From Okamejei kenojei (lineage: Eukaryota): 64,000 nt of DNA. Location: assembly GCA_035221665.1 (NCBI GenBank), contig JAVHYY010000238.1:1-64000 (forward strand). Direction: 5' to 3'. This document shows positions 37,540-51,261 of this stretch, piece by piece. The position numbers and the translations under genes are program-made. The notes beneath the pieces are model-generated. The model saw nothing but the letters and a program-made list of their open reading frames with translations. It was not told where the DNA came from and ran no database searches. How positions within the stretch are numbered: position 1 is the first letter of the stretch; every line of letters starts with the position of its first letter.

Positions 37540-38180
37540 GTGGAGAACAATACATCCAGAATGAAGGACCCCGGGGAAATTAGCATTAGTAAAACAAAAA
37601 AGCATTGGGGAGAATAAAGTAACTAAAGATGATAAATCTCCATGGCTGGACAAACTGCATCTTAATATTTTGAAAGATGGTTATAGCAACAGTGGTTGTC
37701 ATCTTTCAAAATTCCATAAATTGTAGAACATTTCCCACAAAACAGAAGGTAGCAAATTCCAGAAAGGAGGGAGATCAAAAAAAAATGGAAAGTTACAGAT
37801 CAATCTGCATATTAGAGTTATGGGAAATAATGCAATCTATTAATACAGAAGCAGTAACATGATGCTTCAAATACATAGTCTGGGTAGGGTCAAGATTGAT
37901 TTTCAATGACAAATATATGACAAATCCATTCAAGTTTTTTTAAGGTTTAACTAGCAGGGGTAAGATGGTGTGTATTTAGACTCTCAGAAAGTCCAACTAA
38001 GTCCCATTAATAATTTGGACGAAGGGATCAAAATGTATAGAAGTTTGCTAACCAAAGCAGAGTGTCTGTGTGAGCTGAACAGGATTAGGAGAGGCTTCTT
38101 TGCATAATGACAGGTTAAATGATTGAGCAGGGACATGCAGATGAAATATCATGCAGAAAAATGGTTGGAAGAAACCCAAA
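37540..38180 (+). mobile_element. Old degraded CR1 ORF2 remnant
   Basis: DKSP/LVVIFQNS-type remnants with many stops. Confidence 0.65.
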
Positions 38181-38561
38181 AAAAGTATGTTCTTTATGAC
38201 GCAGTATCCTGGGCATGATCAACTTGGTTGAACGTCGGTGGCAATGCCCCAAAAGAAGAAAGAACGACAACACCCTGCAAAGACCAACGCGGAGACCACA
38301 TCAGCTGCACCACGGGGACAATCACAGTAAATACTGCAGTTTCCAGAGTAAACGGGATTTCAAGACACTGCATGAAACCAGCACCGTGCCAGAATGTCAA
38401 GCGTTAATTGCCTTCACTAGAGTTCATCTCCATTCACTCACTGGTGGCTCCTGGATCATGTGATTGATCTTTGCCATCTTGATCTCCTTTACTGGAATGA
38501 ATCAGCTTGGCATTCTATGAAGCCTTTGCCTGAAGCAAATATGTTTTAAGTGAGAAAATGG

Positions 38562-39008
38562 TGGCACGGAGGCGCAGCGGTAGAGTTGCTGCCTTACAAC
38601 TCCGGGTTCCAGAGTTTGTACATTCTCCCCGTGGGTTTGTCCGAGATCTTCGGTTTCCTTCCACACCAAATACAGGTTTGTAGGTTAATTGGCTTGATAT
38701 ACATGTAAATTGTCCCTCGTCTTGTGAGTCTGTGGAATTCTCTGCCTCAGAGGGCGGTTCGCTGGAAACTTTCAAGAGAGCTAGATAGGGCGCTTGAAAT
38801 AGCGGAGTCAGCAGATATGGGGATAAGGCAGGTACGGGGTACTGATTGTGGATGATCAGCCATGATCACATTGACTGGCAGTGCTGGCTTGAAGAGCTGA
38901 ATGGCCTACTCCTGCACCTATTATCTATTGATAGTGTGAGTGTGCGGGATCGCTGGTCAGTGCGGACTAAGGGCCTGTTTCAGCATTGTATCTCTCAGCT
39001 AAACTAAA
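38562..39008 (+). mobile_element. V-SINE interrupted by a CR1 3' end (~38725-38930)
   Basis: GGCACGGAGGCGCAGCGGTAGAGTTGCTGCC head and (CTAAA)n tail flank a CR1 3' UTR. Confidence 0.8.
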
Positions 39009-39236
39009 ACATGGGTGAAGTCAGCACCAAAACTCAGAATCACAGTTCAAACACCAGTGAGTTAGCTGTCAAATATTGGCACAAGCCAGATTTTGGTTAA
39101 TAGTTACTATATCGCAAAGTATATTTTTGTAAAAGAAAGATAAATATTTGAGGCATAGGAAAATAAAAGCTTGCAGGAAAAGGTCAAGGTTATAGGATTG
39201 TTCCAGCAAAGAATCAATGATCCTTTATTCACATAC

Positions 39237-39329
39237 CTGCACCTCAAACGTCCGGATTGAATCCCCTTCCTCGTTGTACGTGTACTGTCCCAATAGGATC
39301 CCTTCGGCTGGATTTTCATCATCCAAGCC
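39237..39329 (-). CDS. SUN-domain exon GLDDENPAEGILLGQYTYNEEGDSIRTFEVQ
   Basis: Resembles SUN1/2 G..LLG.FTYDQDGE..Q.F; donor gtatgt; acceptor is CGG instead of CAG. Confidence 0.9.
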
Positions 39330-40163
39330 CCGTGAACAAGTAGAAATTAGCAAGCTTTGCACACAGAAAATTACTCTCCACACCCCAACAATTATACCAG
39401 CCTGGTGAAAGCAGGACTTTCACCCTCGCCTGGGAGAAAGCTTGGTTGAATATATAAAGTCATAAAGTAGTTGCCCAAAAGTCAATTGGAAAAATGTCAT
39501 CACCTCATTTAGCACATGAAGTGAGTCTGTACACAATCAAACAGAATGAAACGATGTCCTGCATGTGTAGCATCAACTCTCATCTGTGGGAGAAGATGAG
39601 AGTGGTAGCCCACAGGGGCCTCATCAGGCACCTCTATACCCACAGAACTAGAGTGGAAGCAAGTCATCCTCAATCCTGAGAGAATACCACTGACGAATTG
39701 TTCACCCCAACTCAGGAAAGCACTTGGCATAAAAATTGTCCCTAGCATGTGTAGGATAGTGTTAACTTTAATCTCATCTATTGGTTGTAAAGTTGCTTCA
39801 TCACTGTATGATGCTTTTGTGGTTAGCAGTGTTGAGGATTGTGCAATAAAGTGACAAAACTCAGTGAAGACAGTGACAACCCAGACTCACAGTTCAAACA
39901 CCAGTATGAGCAACTTGTGTAGTATGGAAGATTGAAGATTATATTAGAGGGCCTTCTATTTGAGGGATTATTGTTCTGGACTGAAATGGAATTTGCTCAT
40001 TTTTAACAGAACATGTTAATGCTATTGACGTCGATTGTGAAACCACTCGGGAACCTGAACATGGAATCCAATGTCCAAGAAAGCCTTGCCATGTTCAGCA
40101 GCATGCTCCACACAAACACCATGGTTCCCAAACATTCACTCATATTCTATATGTTTCACTCAC

Positions 40164-40328
40164 ATAAACAGAGAAGTCTTGAGGGGCAATTCTAATTGAT
40201 CCACGCGGAGAAATTGATCTTGGAATGTGCTCTAGGATAAGGGCTGTTGGCCAGATCTGGACAGCAAGCTCAATGACGACAAAGCCTTGGGAGCCTTTAG
40301 GCCAACAGTTCCCAGGTTGAAACTCCGG
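40164..40328 (-). CDS. SUN-domain exon PEFQPGNCWPKGSQG..LEHIPRSISPRGSIRIAPQDFSVY
   Basis: Signature PGNCW..GSQG / LEH / AP.DF.VY; gcag|..|gtgagt; 165 nt; conserved Phe missing. Confidence 0.93.
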
Positions 40329-40369
40329 CTGCAAGACAGAACAAGAACAAAAAAATTAGGAAAGATTCT

Positions 40370-40642
40370 CAGTTTAGTTTAGAGATACAGTGCGGAAACA
40401 GGAAATATTAACACTATCCTACACACATGCGGGACAATTTTGTTTTACATTTACCAAGCCAATTAACCTACAAACCTGTATGTCTTTGGAGAGTGGGAGG
40501 AAACCGAAGATCTAGGAGAAAACTCACGCAGGTCACGGGGAGAACGTACAAACTCCGTACAGACAGCACCCATAGTTGGGATCGAACCGGGGTCTCTGGG
40601 GCTGCAAGCGCTGTTAGGCAACAACTCTACCACTGTGCCGCC
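40370..40642 (-). mobile_element. V-SINE (HE1-like)
   Basis: Same family; further copies at ~43960-44150 (+), 50150-50278 (+), 52138-52245 (-) and 54657-54958 (-). Confidence 0.8.
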
Positions 40643-42414
40643 CACAATTCTCTACCCACAATTATCCGCCTTCTTTTCAACAGAACACTGATTCTTCCTA
40701 AAGGGACAGCAAAGATTTTGATTTTTGGACACGATCCACGTGAGGATACGAAGATACTTACAGAATAATGAAAGGCATAGAGCGGATGTGGAAAGGATGT
40801 TTCCACTGGTGGGAGAGTCTATGACCAGAGGTCATAGGCTCTGAATTAAAGAGTGCGCCTTTAGAAATGAGGTGAAGAGGAACTTCATTGCCACAGAGGG
40901 TTGTGGAGGCCAAGTCAGTGGATATTTTTAAGGCAGAGATAGACCTATTCTTGATTAGAACGGGTGTCAAGGGTTATTTTGGGAACAGGGATGGGTTGTT
41001 GGGGTGGGGGTTGCTATGGCAGGAATCTGCAGTCTCGATCCCTCAATGTTTTCTGCCAATTTACCTCAACCCTGCACAATGAGAAAACGCGCTACAATTT
41101 TCCAGCAGAGCCCATTGCTGCTTTTGGTTCATGGTGTGACAATTATTAAGTTATTGCAGAAAACAGGAGTTACTGAGACATTTTTAACACACAGCCCCCA
41201 AGACAGATACTCTCACACCATTTACAAAGTATCAGGACAAGTACCTGAACCAGCAGGACCTCCGTCTCGGGCAGTGCGATCAAATCCAACCCAAAATATG
41301 CTTTCTTCAATTTCCTCTAAATCTTTCTTTGCTTTAAAACCTCAACCCTCTGGACTTAGGCACCTCTGTAAGCTACAGGCAAATGCTGGCAAACGGGATT
41401 AGTTGTACGTGTGCTAGATGGTTGAGGTGGACGAGTTGGGCACAAAGGGCCTGTTTCTGTGCTATATGACTCCATGTGGATTAAAAAAATCTGAACTCAA
41501 TTGATGATTTGACAAACACACTGGCAATCTACATCCAGGTGAGAGGAATGGGCAGCAGAAAGCGTCAGAGTTTGGTTAAAGCAGATGGAAGGAGCCCACA
41601 TTTCCTTAAGGAAGGATATTTTTGCTATGGAGGGAGCACATCAAAAGTGCAGCAGATTAACTGTAGGGATGGCAGGGCTGACGTATGAAGAGCAATCTGG
41701 TCAATATTCACTGGAGTTTGGAAGGAATGATAATTTTATAGAAACCTACAAAATGTAGAAGTCCTAACAGGACTGGAATATTAGAGGTAAGATGTTCCTG
41801 ATGCTGGGGTTTCAGGACCAGGATCACAGTGCGAAGATAAAGCGAGGTCATGTCCAGAGGGGGAGAAATCTCTTCATCCAGAGTGGTGAACCAGAGGAAT
41901 TCTCTATCATGGAATGCAATTGAAATCATATTGTTGAATATACGCATGAGTTAAATATTGTTCTTGTAGCTAGAGGGGCCAAGAGGTATAGGGAAAAAGG
42001 TATGGGGAGTCCCCCAACTGGCACTCAAGTTGGATGATCAGCCATGATCACACTGAGGGGTTGAGTGGGCTTGAAGGGCCACATTGCTTACTCCTATTCA
42101 TAATTTCCATGTTTCTATTCCATATCCCACAACTGTGGTACTGAACAAGCACGCATGGTAGGCCAATGCATGATTTGTTTCGACATATATATCAATACCT
42201 TGGATTCTTCTGACTGGGAAGAACTGCTATGCAGACAGACTATGTTTCACATAAACCTGGGGAAAGCAGAAGACACCCACTAGTTGTGATACACCCAACA
42301 GCAAATCTTGAAGTTGTGGACCTATAGCGTCCCTGTACCTTTCTGCCTCTAGGAGAGTATTCAAAGGTCTCTGCTTTCAAGACAGAAGGGAGCAGCAGTA
42401 CAAGGATTATATAC

Positions 42415-42511
42415 CTGAATGACAGCTCTGGGTGAGTGAGATTGGTACCACAGTGGAATGCCAAACAGACTAAGAATAGTCTTGGTCTCTAACGTCTCTG
42501 AGCACTGCCAC
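42415..42511 (-). CDS. SUN exon G..CSETLETKTILSLFGIPLWYQSHSPRAVIQ (frameshifted)
   Basis: ttag|..|gtatat; 97 nt, incompatible with the phase 1 to phase 0 neighbours; the ILSTR-equivalent residues are deleted. Confidence 0.9.
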
Positions 42512-44999
42512 CTAACAAGAGAAAAAAATAATCATTATTATATCACTGAATGCGCAAAGTTAATCATGAATCCTTCAAGAAATATGCAGGTTTGCAGAGA
42601 ACTGCAAAACTCTGGCAGAGGGATTGGAAAGTTTTTGCTTGAGTGTTGACCACTAAGAAGAATTTTCCAATTTGTCCAAGAACTCAACACATCCAACACA
42701 ACTGCAGAAATAATTTAATGTTACAATCGCAATTGTTTAAGTAAAGTTGAAAGCTAATTTTCATACAATGTCCAACAGATTGGAGCACAGAATCCAGCTG
42801 AAACTTTAAATGCACAGCTGAATGGCCACCAGCTGGCAGTGGTTGGATAAGTACCCTCCGAAATCTCAATCATTTACTTGCTCTCATCATTTTTCCATTC
42901 AATACAACTATAATAAACAAGGAGCTATTTTTGCAAAAAATTAAATACAATGAGAAAGATTTCTGTAACATAAAATGGAAGCAAAACTTCTACCTGCTGA
43001 CCAAGATATAAAAATATTGTTATTTGTGGGCAGTTTGCTGGGAACATGTGCAACAAATGACTGCTGTTGGCATAGGTTCTTTTTCTCAATTATATAAAGC
43101 CAAATAGCATTACATCTGACCTAGTTTAGAGACTAACCAGAAAGGACAATTTATCATGTAGAACATAAATTTTTCATATATTGTGGAACATATATTTACA
43201 TCGCAGGAACAGGCCCTTTTGTCCCACTGTGTCTGCACCGACCATGATGTCAGCCTAACTCATCCCATCTGACTGGATATGGTCGGCATCCCTCTACTCC
43301 CTGTCTGTACATGTATCTGTCCAAATGCCTTTTAAAGATTACTATTGTGTCTGCTTCCACCACCTCCCCTGACAGCACACCTACAACTTGCCTCACACAT
43401 CTCCTTTAAACTTCCCCCCTCTCACCTTAACTCTATGCCCTTGCGTATTTGACATTTCCACCCTGGGGAAAAGACTGCATACTCCATCTATATATCTCTC
43501 ATCATTTTATATACTTCTATCAGGTCTCGTCTCAGCCCCTGACGCTCCAGCAAAAACATTCCGTTTGACCAACCTCCCCTTATAGCTAATATTCTATTCT
43601 AGCATTCTGTCTAATCCAGGCAGCATCCTGGTGATTCTGTAGATGGCTGAAACCTAAAGTAGATCTTCAGCTTTCTACACAATTCCAATTAAGTCCAATG
43701 TTAGCTTGAGAAGAACCAAGCTTCTATTCACATTTCAAACCATGAGCTTGTCTTTTTTTCTTGCACTTCTACAGGTGTTTAAGATTTCATTTGTCTGCCA
43801 CTAGTTGCATCTCCACCGATCCAGCTGGTATCGACATTCATCTCAAATGTCTCCTGGTCTCCAGTCTATCTATTTTGTTCTCACTTTCTCTGCAACGTAA
43901 ACTTTGCTTCAAGGAATAAAACTGGCTAACCAACAGAAGTGGGGAGCAATTAAATCAGGGCAGCACAGTGACGGATCGGTAGACCTCATGCCTGACAGCA
44001 CCAGAGACTTGGGTTCGATCCTGACTACGGGTGCTTTCTGTACAGAGTTTGTACATTCCCCCTGTGACTGCATGGGTTTTCTCTGGGTGCTCTGGTATCC
44101 TCCCACACTCCAAAGATGTACAGGTTTGTAGGTTAATTGTAAGTTGTAAAATTGGCCAGAGGGCAGAATAAGACCCACCTCTTCTTCACACGCATTAAAT
44201 GACTTGTAGTTCCAGATTTGCAGATGATACTATGAACTGGGGATATTCATGGAATTGGAGGCAAATACAGAATTGGGTTTGAACAGGTTGAAATGTGAAA
44301 TATTTCATTTTGGGAGGAGGAATAAGGCAATGTAAACTAGAGGGCACAATTCTAAAAGGAATGAAGAAACAACAGTGTCTCTGGAATGCGTGAGACCCTT
44401 TATCAGACCTTCACATCCTTCTTACACACGTGGGTGATATATGTGGCTAGTTTAGTGAAAGAAGGAAGTTTAGGATGTTGTTTAAAAACTCCTGTACTTG
44501 ATAAATAATGGCTCAGGGTACAAGAGCAAAGAACTGCTGGGCAATTTTGTAAAACACATGCTTGGCCACAGCTGGATTAGTGCAGTCCTGGCTGCCTTGC
44601 CCTCAGAAAGGCATGATGCTTCGGAGAGAGTGCACAAGAGATTAACCAATGTGTTTGCAGGGATGGTGGGGCAGTGGACAGAATGAAGATGGCCGATGGT
44701 TCCCCAGGGCAAGGCCATCCCACTGATGACTCGGCCTTTAAATGAGTTGTGGCTGGCGCGACATCAAGCAGTTACAAGTTAAATTAACATTCAGCAGTGT
44801 GAACCTCAGCAGTTCTGGTGAAATCTGTACTGTGAGCATAGAGTTGTACTTGCCTATTCAGGACATATTGCCCAGTGTGAAAGAGCACCCCATTCCTCGG
44901 GAGCAAGTCAAACATGACTAAAGTGCTAGCCCACACAACACCCTTTCAGTCCGTTACATTCAGAGTTTTACTTGGCCCGGGCTTTTGTCTGATACTTAC

Positions 45000-45084
45000 C
45001 AGCAGATTCCAGTGCATAATCCACCAATCCAACCCTGTCAGCGCTGTACAGTTTCAGGGCTTGCTCCACAATGCTTTTCACTTC
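45000..45084 (-). CDS. SUN exon EVKSIVEQALKLYSADRVGLVDYALESAG
   Basis: Conserved AL..YS.D..G..DYALES motif; ggtag|..|gtaagt; 85 nt. Confidence 0.93.
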
Positions 45085-45439
45085 CTACCAAAGGAAAAAA
45101 TAACAATAATCTGGGATAAGAAGGGGGCAGTAGTGCAATAGAGTGCAGAGCCCACACACATACAGAAACCAAACGGGCAATGCTCCCTTCAACAGTTCCC
45201 ACAAAATAATCCCTCTTATCCATTCCCATAATCTGGAATTAGCAAGGTGTAATAAAAGTGAGCAATGGAGAGCCCACGTATACTGCATAGAAGGCGGCAG
45301 GATTATGTGATCAGGTCAATAATTATTAAAGTACATTGACCTGGATAGGACAGGTTTGAAGGGATATGGGTCAAACGCAGACAGGTGGGACTAGTGTAGC
45401 TGGGACATGTTGGCTGGTGTAGACTTCTGCAATGTTCCA

Positions 45440-46140
45440 TTCAGTTTGACATTGCCTCACTACCTGTCCTTCACAGAAAGGTTCCTGAAGAAAACTACCC
45501 TTGACCACAAGTGATCAAGGTAGAACGAGCTACAGGCACTATGGGAGAAGGACTCGATGGATCCCATCAGATGGCTCCCCAAGCAGACAGAGGAACTCGC
45601 CAACAGTAGTGTGAGGAGCCCTCCCAGTCAGACCCTGCCTGCTCGGTCAGAAAAGCACCCCACTGCACGCTGCCATTGAGATGGTTGTGGTGTGGACAAC
45701 ATTCACCTCCTTATGCACTGGGTGTTTGACAGGGAGGTCAGAAGAAGAATGCAAGGGCTCTTGTCATGGTTCATCCTGAGCAGTTGTGCATCAATGATCT
45801 ATGAGCTGTTCACAGGGACGCACAACACAATAAATGTCAACTGCTGCTGGAAGATCATTATCTCAGCGGAAGACTCACTTTGGTCTGCCAAAAAATTGAT
45901 CTTCCCGCATAGGATGTGGGTAAATGAATTGCTGCCGACTGGCACATTCCAGGGTGCGAGAGTATGTGGTGTGAGGGACATACTGAAGCTCAGTGCAGTC
46001 ACCGCAGAGGCTGTGGAGGAGTGGCCTTGGTCTAAGGTCCGGCCACCACTAGACACTGAGGGACTCTCAGCCACTCCATGGGAGCACTGTTTAAGGATGT
46101 GGTGTTCATTGACACATTGCAAGTGAAAGTGCTGAATTGA
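45440..46140 (+). mobile_element. Degraded Tx1/L1-type ORF2 C-terminus
   Basis: HLL..VF.REV.RRMQ..LF.GTH..INVNCCWKII.S..DSLWSAK remnant. Confidence 0.6.
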
Positions 46141-46183
46141 TGGAACGTAGAGCAAGACATGCCCCAATTTCATTAACTGCATA

Positions 46184-47036
46184 TCTATATAATTAAAAGT
46201 CTTATCTTGACCACTTCCTGTTTACACTGCATATTGATTTTAGAAAAAACGCCACCACTTACGCTTGTGATTTTTAGCCATCTTACTCAGAGTCCCCCTC
46301 TGCTGCGCAGGACAAGAGGATTTTTCCCATCGATGAAAAATAAAAGAGTTATCTGTGTTTAAAAAATGTTGAGATTTGTCAATCACTGCCATGGAGGCCA
46401 CGCCCCTTCTCGTTGGAAGGGAAGGGACCATAAAACCCGGAAGTGTGGGCATGGCTCAGTCTCTGCAAGATGGGGGAGGGTGAGGTCGAGGTCGAGGTCG
46501 AGGTCGAGGTCGAGCTCAAGCTCAAGCTCACCTTGGTGGCTTTGCACCCTGCTTGAAATGGTAGGAAACTACTTGTGAATTTGGTGGCTTTGCACCCTGC
46601 TTGAAATGGTAGGAAACTGCTTTTGAAATTGGTGGCTTTGCACCCTGTTTGAAATGGTATGAAACTGCTTTTGAATTTTGAGGCCTTGCACCCTGCTTGA
46701 ATTGGTAGGAAACTGCATTTGAATTTGGTGGCCTTGCTCCCTGCTTGAAATGGTATGAAACTGCATTTGAATTTGGTGGCCTTGCACCCTGCTTGAAATG
46801 GTAGGAAACGTCATTTAAATTTGGTGGCCTGCACTCTGCTTGAAATGCAAAGTCAAGGAATAGCCTCGACTCAACTGCCTGCCCATCAGCCGTGAATGAG
46901 TGAGCTGCCAGCACACCAGGCTTGAGAGACTGAGCTGCCAGCCCAAGAATACATTCGGCCCACAATGTCCATACTAGCTCACTGGAAACCAGTCCCTTCA
47001 GCCCACAACACCCATACTAGCGCTCCAGAAAGTTAG
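46184..47036 (+). mobile_element. Non-autonomous Helitron-like element containing a minisatellite
   Basis: 5' A|TCTATATAATTAAAA; 3' end degenerate (TTAG|T). Confidence 0.55.
46532..46850. repeat. 48-bp minisatellite (~6.5 units)
   Basis: TTGGTGGC(C/T)TTGCACCCTGCTTGAAATGGTAGGAAACTGC.TTTGAAT; preceded by (GAGGTC)n. Confidence 0.92.
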
Positions 47037-49710
47037 TGCTCCTCCTTGTAGACATTGAAATCAATGCAAAGTAGTATCTTCGTCATCTTAAAAAAAACAT
47101 TATTTTACAATTGTTGATCCTTTGGTGAGGGAGACAAGGCAAGGGAATACATTATAGCTGAAAGGATACTGAACCATGGTGGGGAACAGAAAGATCTTGG
47201 CAAACGTTGTGTAGGAAGGAAATGCAGATGATGGCTTACACTGAAGATAGACACAAAATGCTGGAGTTACTCAGCGGACCAGAGATCCTGTCAATCCCGA
47301 TGAGTTACTCCAGCATTTTGTGTCTATCTTTGGAGAGCTTGTTGATGAATCTTTGAAGGTAGTGGGACAGTCATCTTGGAACTGTGGAAAACGTTAGCTC
47401 AGCCATACCTGTAACATTGTGTGGATTCTGGTTGCCTCCCTACGGGATTGATGGGAGTGCACTAGCGAGGCACAAGAAAGGTTTACAACATTGGCAGGAC
47501 TGCAGAAGAAAGGTTGCAAGGAGAGAGTCACCAGGAACTGCAGCAGGTAGATTGTTTGAGTGGTTATAATATTATAGAAAAAAAAACAAAATGCTGGAGT
47601 AACTCAGTAGGACAGGCAGCATCTCTGGAGAGAAGGAATGGATCATGTTTCGCATTGAGACCCTTCTTCAGACATCTCGACCCGAAACGTCATCTATTCC
47701 CCCCACCCCTCCCCCCCACCCCTCCCCCCCCCACCCCCCCCCCCCCCCCCCCCCGAGATGCTGCCTGTCTCGCTGATGTCTACCTGCGGTGTAATCTGCA
47801 GTTCCTTCCTACACATAAGGTTATGATATTCTGACTGGTCCATTCGGAGTAAACAAGGTAACCATTTTTCCTACACAAAGTTGGAAATGTAATTCAATTG
47901 GCACAAGGGTTTGATGCAATTAGTACAGTGGGCCAAGGGTTCACTGCCTGAATGGTTGTTGGAAGCAGAACTCGCATTTACTGGGCACCTGGACCAGCAG
48001 TAGAAGAGGCTGTGAGCGAGATTCACCTGGCCTCCCAGCACGTAAAACAGAAGGTGGGAACTATCGGTCAATTGACAGATACATAGATAGAACAGGTTTC
48101 GTGGGATATGGACCAAACGCAGGCAGGTGGGACCAGTGTAGATGGGACATGTTGGCGTGTGAGGGCGAGTTGGGCCGAAGGGTCTGTTTCCACACTGTAT
48201 CACTCTATGATTCAAATTCATCCAGCACTCATAGTTCGCAAGAGGAAATAACTAATCATTTGGTAAGCTGCATCTAATCAAATGTAGCCAACATGGTTTA
48301 TTGAAAATCATGTGCGACAAAACTTGACAGGATGTGATAGGGAGTTGATAAGGGAAACCTGTAAATGTAGTAGGAAGGAACTGCAAATACTGGTTTAAAC
48401 AAAGATAGACACAATAAGCTGGAGTAACTTAGCGGCTCAGATAGAAAAGGACTTTTCTATTTGTTTTCTCCAGAGAAGCTGTCTGACCCGCTGAGTTACT
48501 CCAGCTTTTAGTGTCTATCTGTAAATGTAGTTAGCATTTAGATCTCCAAAAGGCATTTGCCACATATGAGGCTGCTGCAAAAAAATGAAGAGCCTATGAT
48601 ATTGGAGGAAGTGTGTTAACATGGACTGAAAGGTGGCAGTCATACAGAAAAAAAAGTTAGAATAAATTCGTGAAAACTGCAGATGGAATAAATCTGAAAA
48701 ACAAAATGCTGGGTGCACTCGTGTCAGGCTGCATCTGTAGCCAGAGAAACAGAATGCATGTTTCAAGTTAAAGACCCTTTGTCAGAATTGGGGAGGCGAC
48801 AAAAGAAACTTGTAAAGCTGCACAGGTGGGTGGATGGCTCTGATAGTGTAAAACCAGGTGACCATGGAGATAAGCTGCACACAAAGTTATCTGGTCAAGG
48901 AGTGAATAGGAACGGTTAGGTGATAAGAAAAATAGACAAAAGATCGTAGCAGTTGCAAAATGCAGAGCAAGAAGACACGTCTAGGAAGGAATGGCAGATG
49001 CTGGTTTAAACCGAAGATAGACAACGGGACAGGCTGCATCTCTGGAGAAAAGGAATGGGTGACGTTTCTGGTGGAGACGCTTTTCAGACAAGACATGTCT
49101 GGCAGGTCAGCATGGATATGCCCTCCACTTTTGGATAGAGATTTTAAAAAACAAGCCAACCCAATTATCACAAATGGACAACTGATACTAACAGGGGAAT
49201 CAAGTTACCCAAGATGATCAAATTCAGTTTGAGCCCAGAGGACTGGCATGAGCCCAAATGGAAGGTGAGATGCCATTCCTCAAGATTGCTTTGAGCCTCA
49301 TTGCAACAGTGCAAGAAGTCACAGACTGTTTGGTCATTCCCACATCCAAGAGTCTGAATGAGATAGCAGGATGCTCAGCAGTGCCCCATGGGTCGAACAC
49401 AGGTGCTCCGCAAAGTAGAAGCCCAACGTCTGTTTGGTTTCTCCAATGTAGAGGAGACCACGTCATGAACACAGGAAAAGGAGCAGAGGGGAAAAAGGAG
49501 AGATAGTGAGAGAAAGTGAAGAACACAGTACAGAGGGAGGGGGTGAGTGGGAGTTGAGTGTTAAAGAAGGGGAGGGAAGAGGGCAAGATACTTTCCACAC
49601 TTTCCTCTTCACATCAATCTCTTTGTTCATCTCCGGGCAGAAGAAGTGCTAAGTTTTGACCTTTTACAGTTAAATAAAAAACTATTTGGGAAAACTGACA
49701 TCAGTCATAC

Positions 49711-50104
49711 TTTTAAGTCTGCTTTCCAAAGCTTGCATGCTGGAGTCCATGTCCTTCTGTGCCACACGTGCATCCTGCAGCTCCAGCCGTGTCTGGCTGA
49801 GCTGCTCCTCCAGCAGCGCCAGTGCAGTCAGTAGCTGCTTCTGCTCATTTGTCAACTTATAATAATAATAATCAATATAATTTTATTAGCCAAGTATGTA
49901 TACATACACGAACTTGCCTTGATGCTTTGCTTGCAAGGATAAAACCATGATATACAGTAGACAATTAAAAATAAAATATTATAATTTAAACATGTGGAAA
50001 TAAAGTACCAGAGTAAAAAGAGGTAACAGATTTTTGGCTGTTGAGTAGAGCTACTGCTCGTGGAAAAATACTGTTTTTATGTCTGGCTGTAGCCCAGACA
50101 AAAT
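49711..50104 (-). CDS. SUN-like coiled-coil exon ILSGL/..KLTNEQKQLLTALALLEEQLSQTRLELQDARVAQKDMDSSMQALESRLK, split by a LINE tail
   Basis: Acceptor ggacag| at 50105 and donor gtatga; ~230-bp Rex1/L2-type 3' end with (TTA)n tail at ~49860-50090. Confidence 0.7.
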
Positions 50105-50658
50105 CTGTCCAATACAGGACAAAGCAAGCCATCAGAGTGCAGGAGCAGAGGCGGCACGGTGGTGCGGCAGTAGAGCTACGGCCTGACAGCGCCAGAGACC
50201 CGGGTTCAATCCTGACTACCGGTGTAAGGACGATCGCTGGTCTGCACGGACTCGGTGGGCCGAAGGGTCAGTTGACCTGTTTGACGTAGCAACCGACGAA
50301 CACCCCCCTCCCCCACACCCCCAAGGGTCTGCTGCTGCTCCACTCCTGGCTGGAAACACACAGCATCAGCGTTATATTGCTCACAGCTCAGCCACAGGCA
50401 AACCTGCTGCCGTGCCACACCCCAGGGGCATCTTGATGCATCTGCAGATACTGTGGCCTACAACATCAACACCAAATAATTTGTGGCGTGACGCGGCGTG
50501 ATGACGTATGGCTCACGGTGTTTTTTCAAGTGTCGCAACATTTTTTTTGTTGCCGCTGGATTTTGAAATGTTCAAAATCTTTTGGCGACACTGATATGAT
50601 GCCGGCAGTCATCAAAAAAAATCGCCAAGTGGGACAGGCCCATAAATTAGTTATTTAT

Positions 50659-50759
50659 CTCTATCGTTGTGAGCAGTTGATGCAGTCTGGTAACTGCCGC
50701 AGCTCAGCTCTGCACCTTTCCACAGCAGATTCCATTTCCTTCACCTTCTGCAACAACAT
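50659..50759 (-). CDS. SUN-like coiled-coil exon MLLQKVKEMESAVERCRAELRQL..
   Basis: Strong acceptor tttctattcctag|; frame runs into TAG; the probable donor reads ATAAAT. Confidence 0.6.
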
Positions 50760-51261
50760 CTAGGAATAGAAATTAAAAACAAAACTTATTTAAGTTTGGA
50801 GGCTTTTTAATTCTACTCTCAGCTACTTATGTCACAACACGCACGTCAAAGTTACAAATATGCAATGCCGAAAAGTCCCTTCCATACTTCATATTTCCTT
50901 ATGACATGGGCCATTTCAGCCCATCAAATCATTGCCAGCTCTCAGAGAATCCCAGTCCTTCACAAATTTTCCTTGAAACTAGTTCCTCACAAATTCTCAT
51001 CAATTGCCCACAGAATCCAAAGGACAATTATTGTCACATACACCAATTGGTGTAGTGAAATTTGACTTGCCATGCAGCACACAGATAAAGATAAGACACA
51101 GCACTAAAGAATTAACAATAAACATAAAAACATCCCCCCACAATGGGTCCCACTGTGGGGGAAGGCACAAAGTCCAGTTCCCATCCCCTTGTCCACCCAT
51201 AGTCAGGCCTATTGAGGCCTCCACAGTCGCCGCTACGGCGGCCCGATGTTTTAGGCCTTTA

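Noticed and set aside
38562-38610. tRNA genes here and at similar loci
   Set aside because: A/B-box heads continue into V-SINE bodies and tails; no complete cloverleaf was seen.
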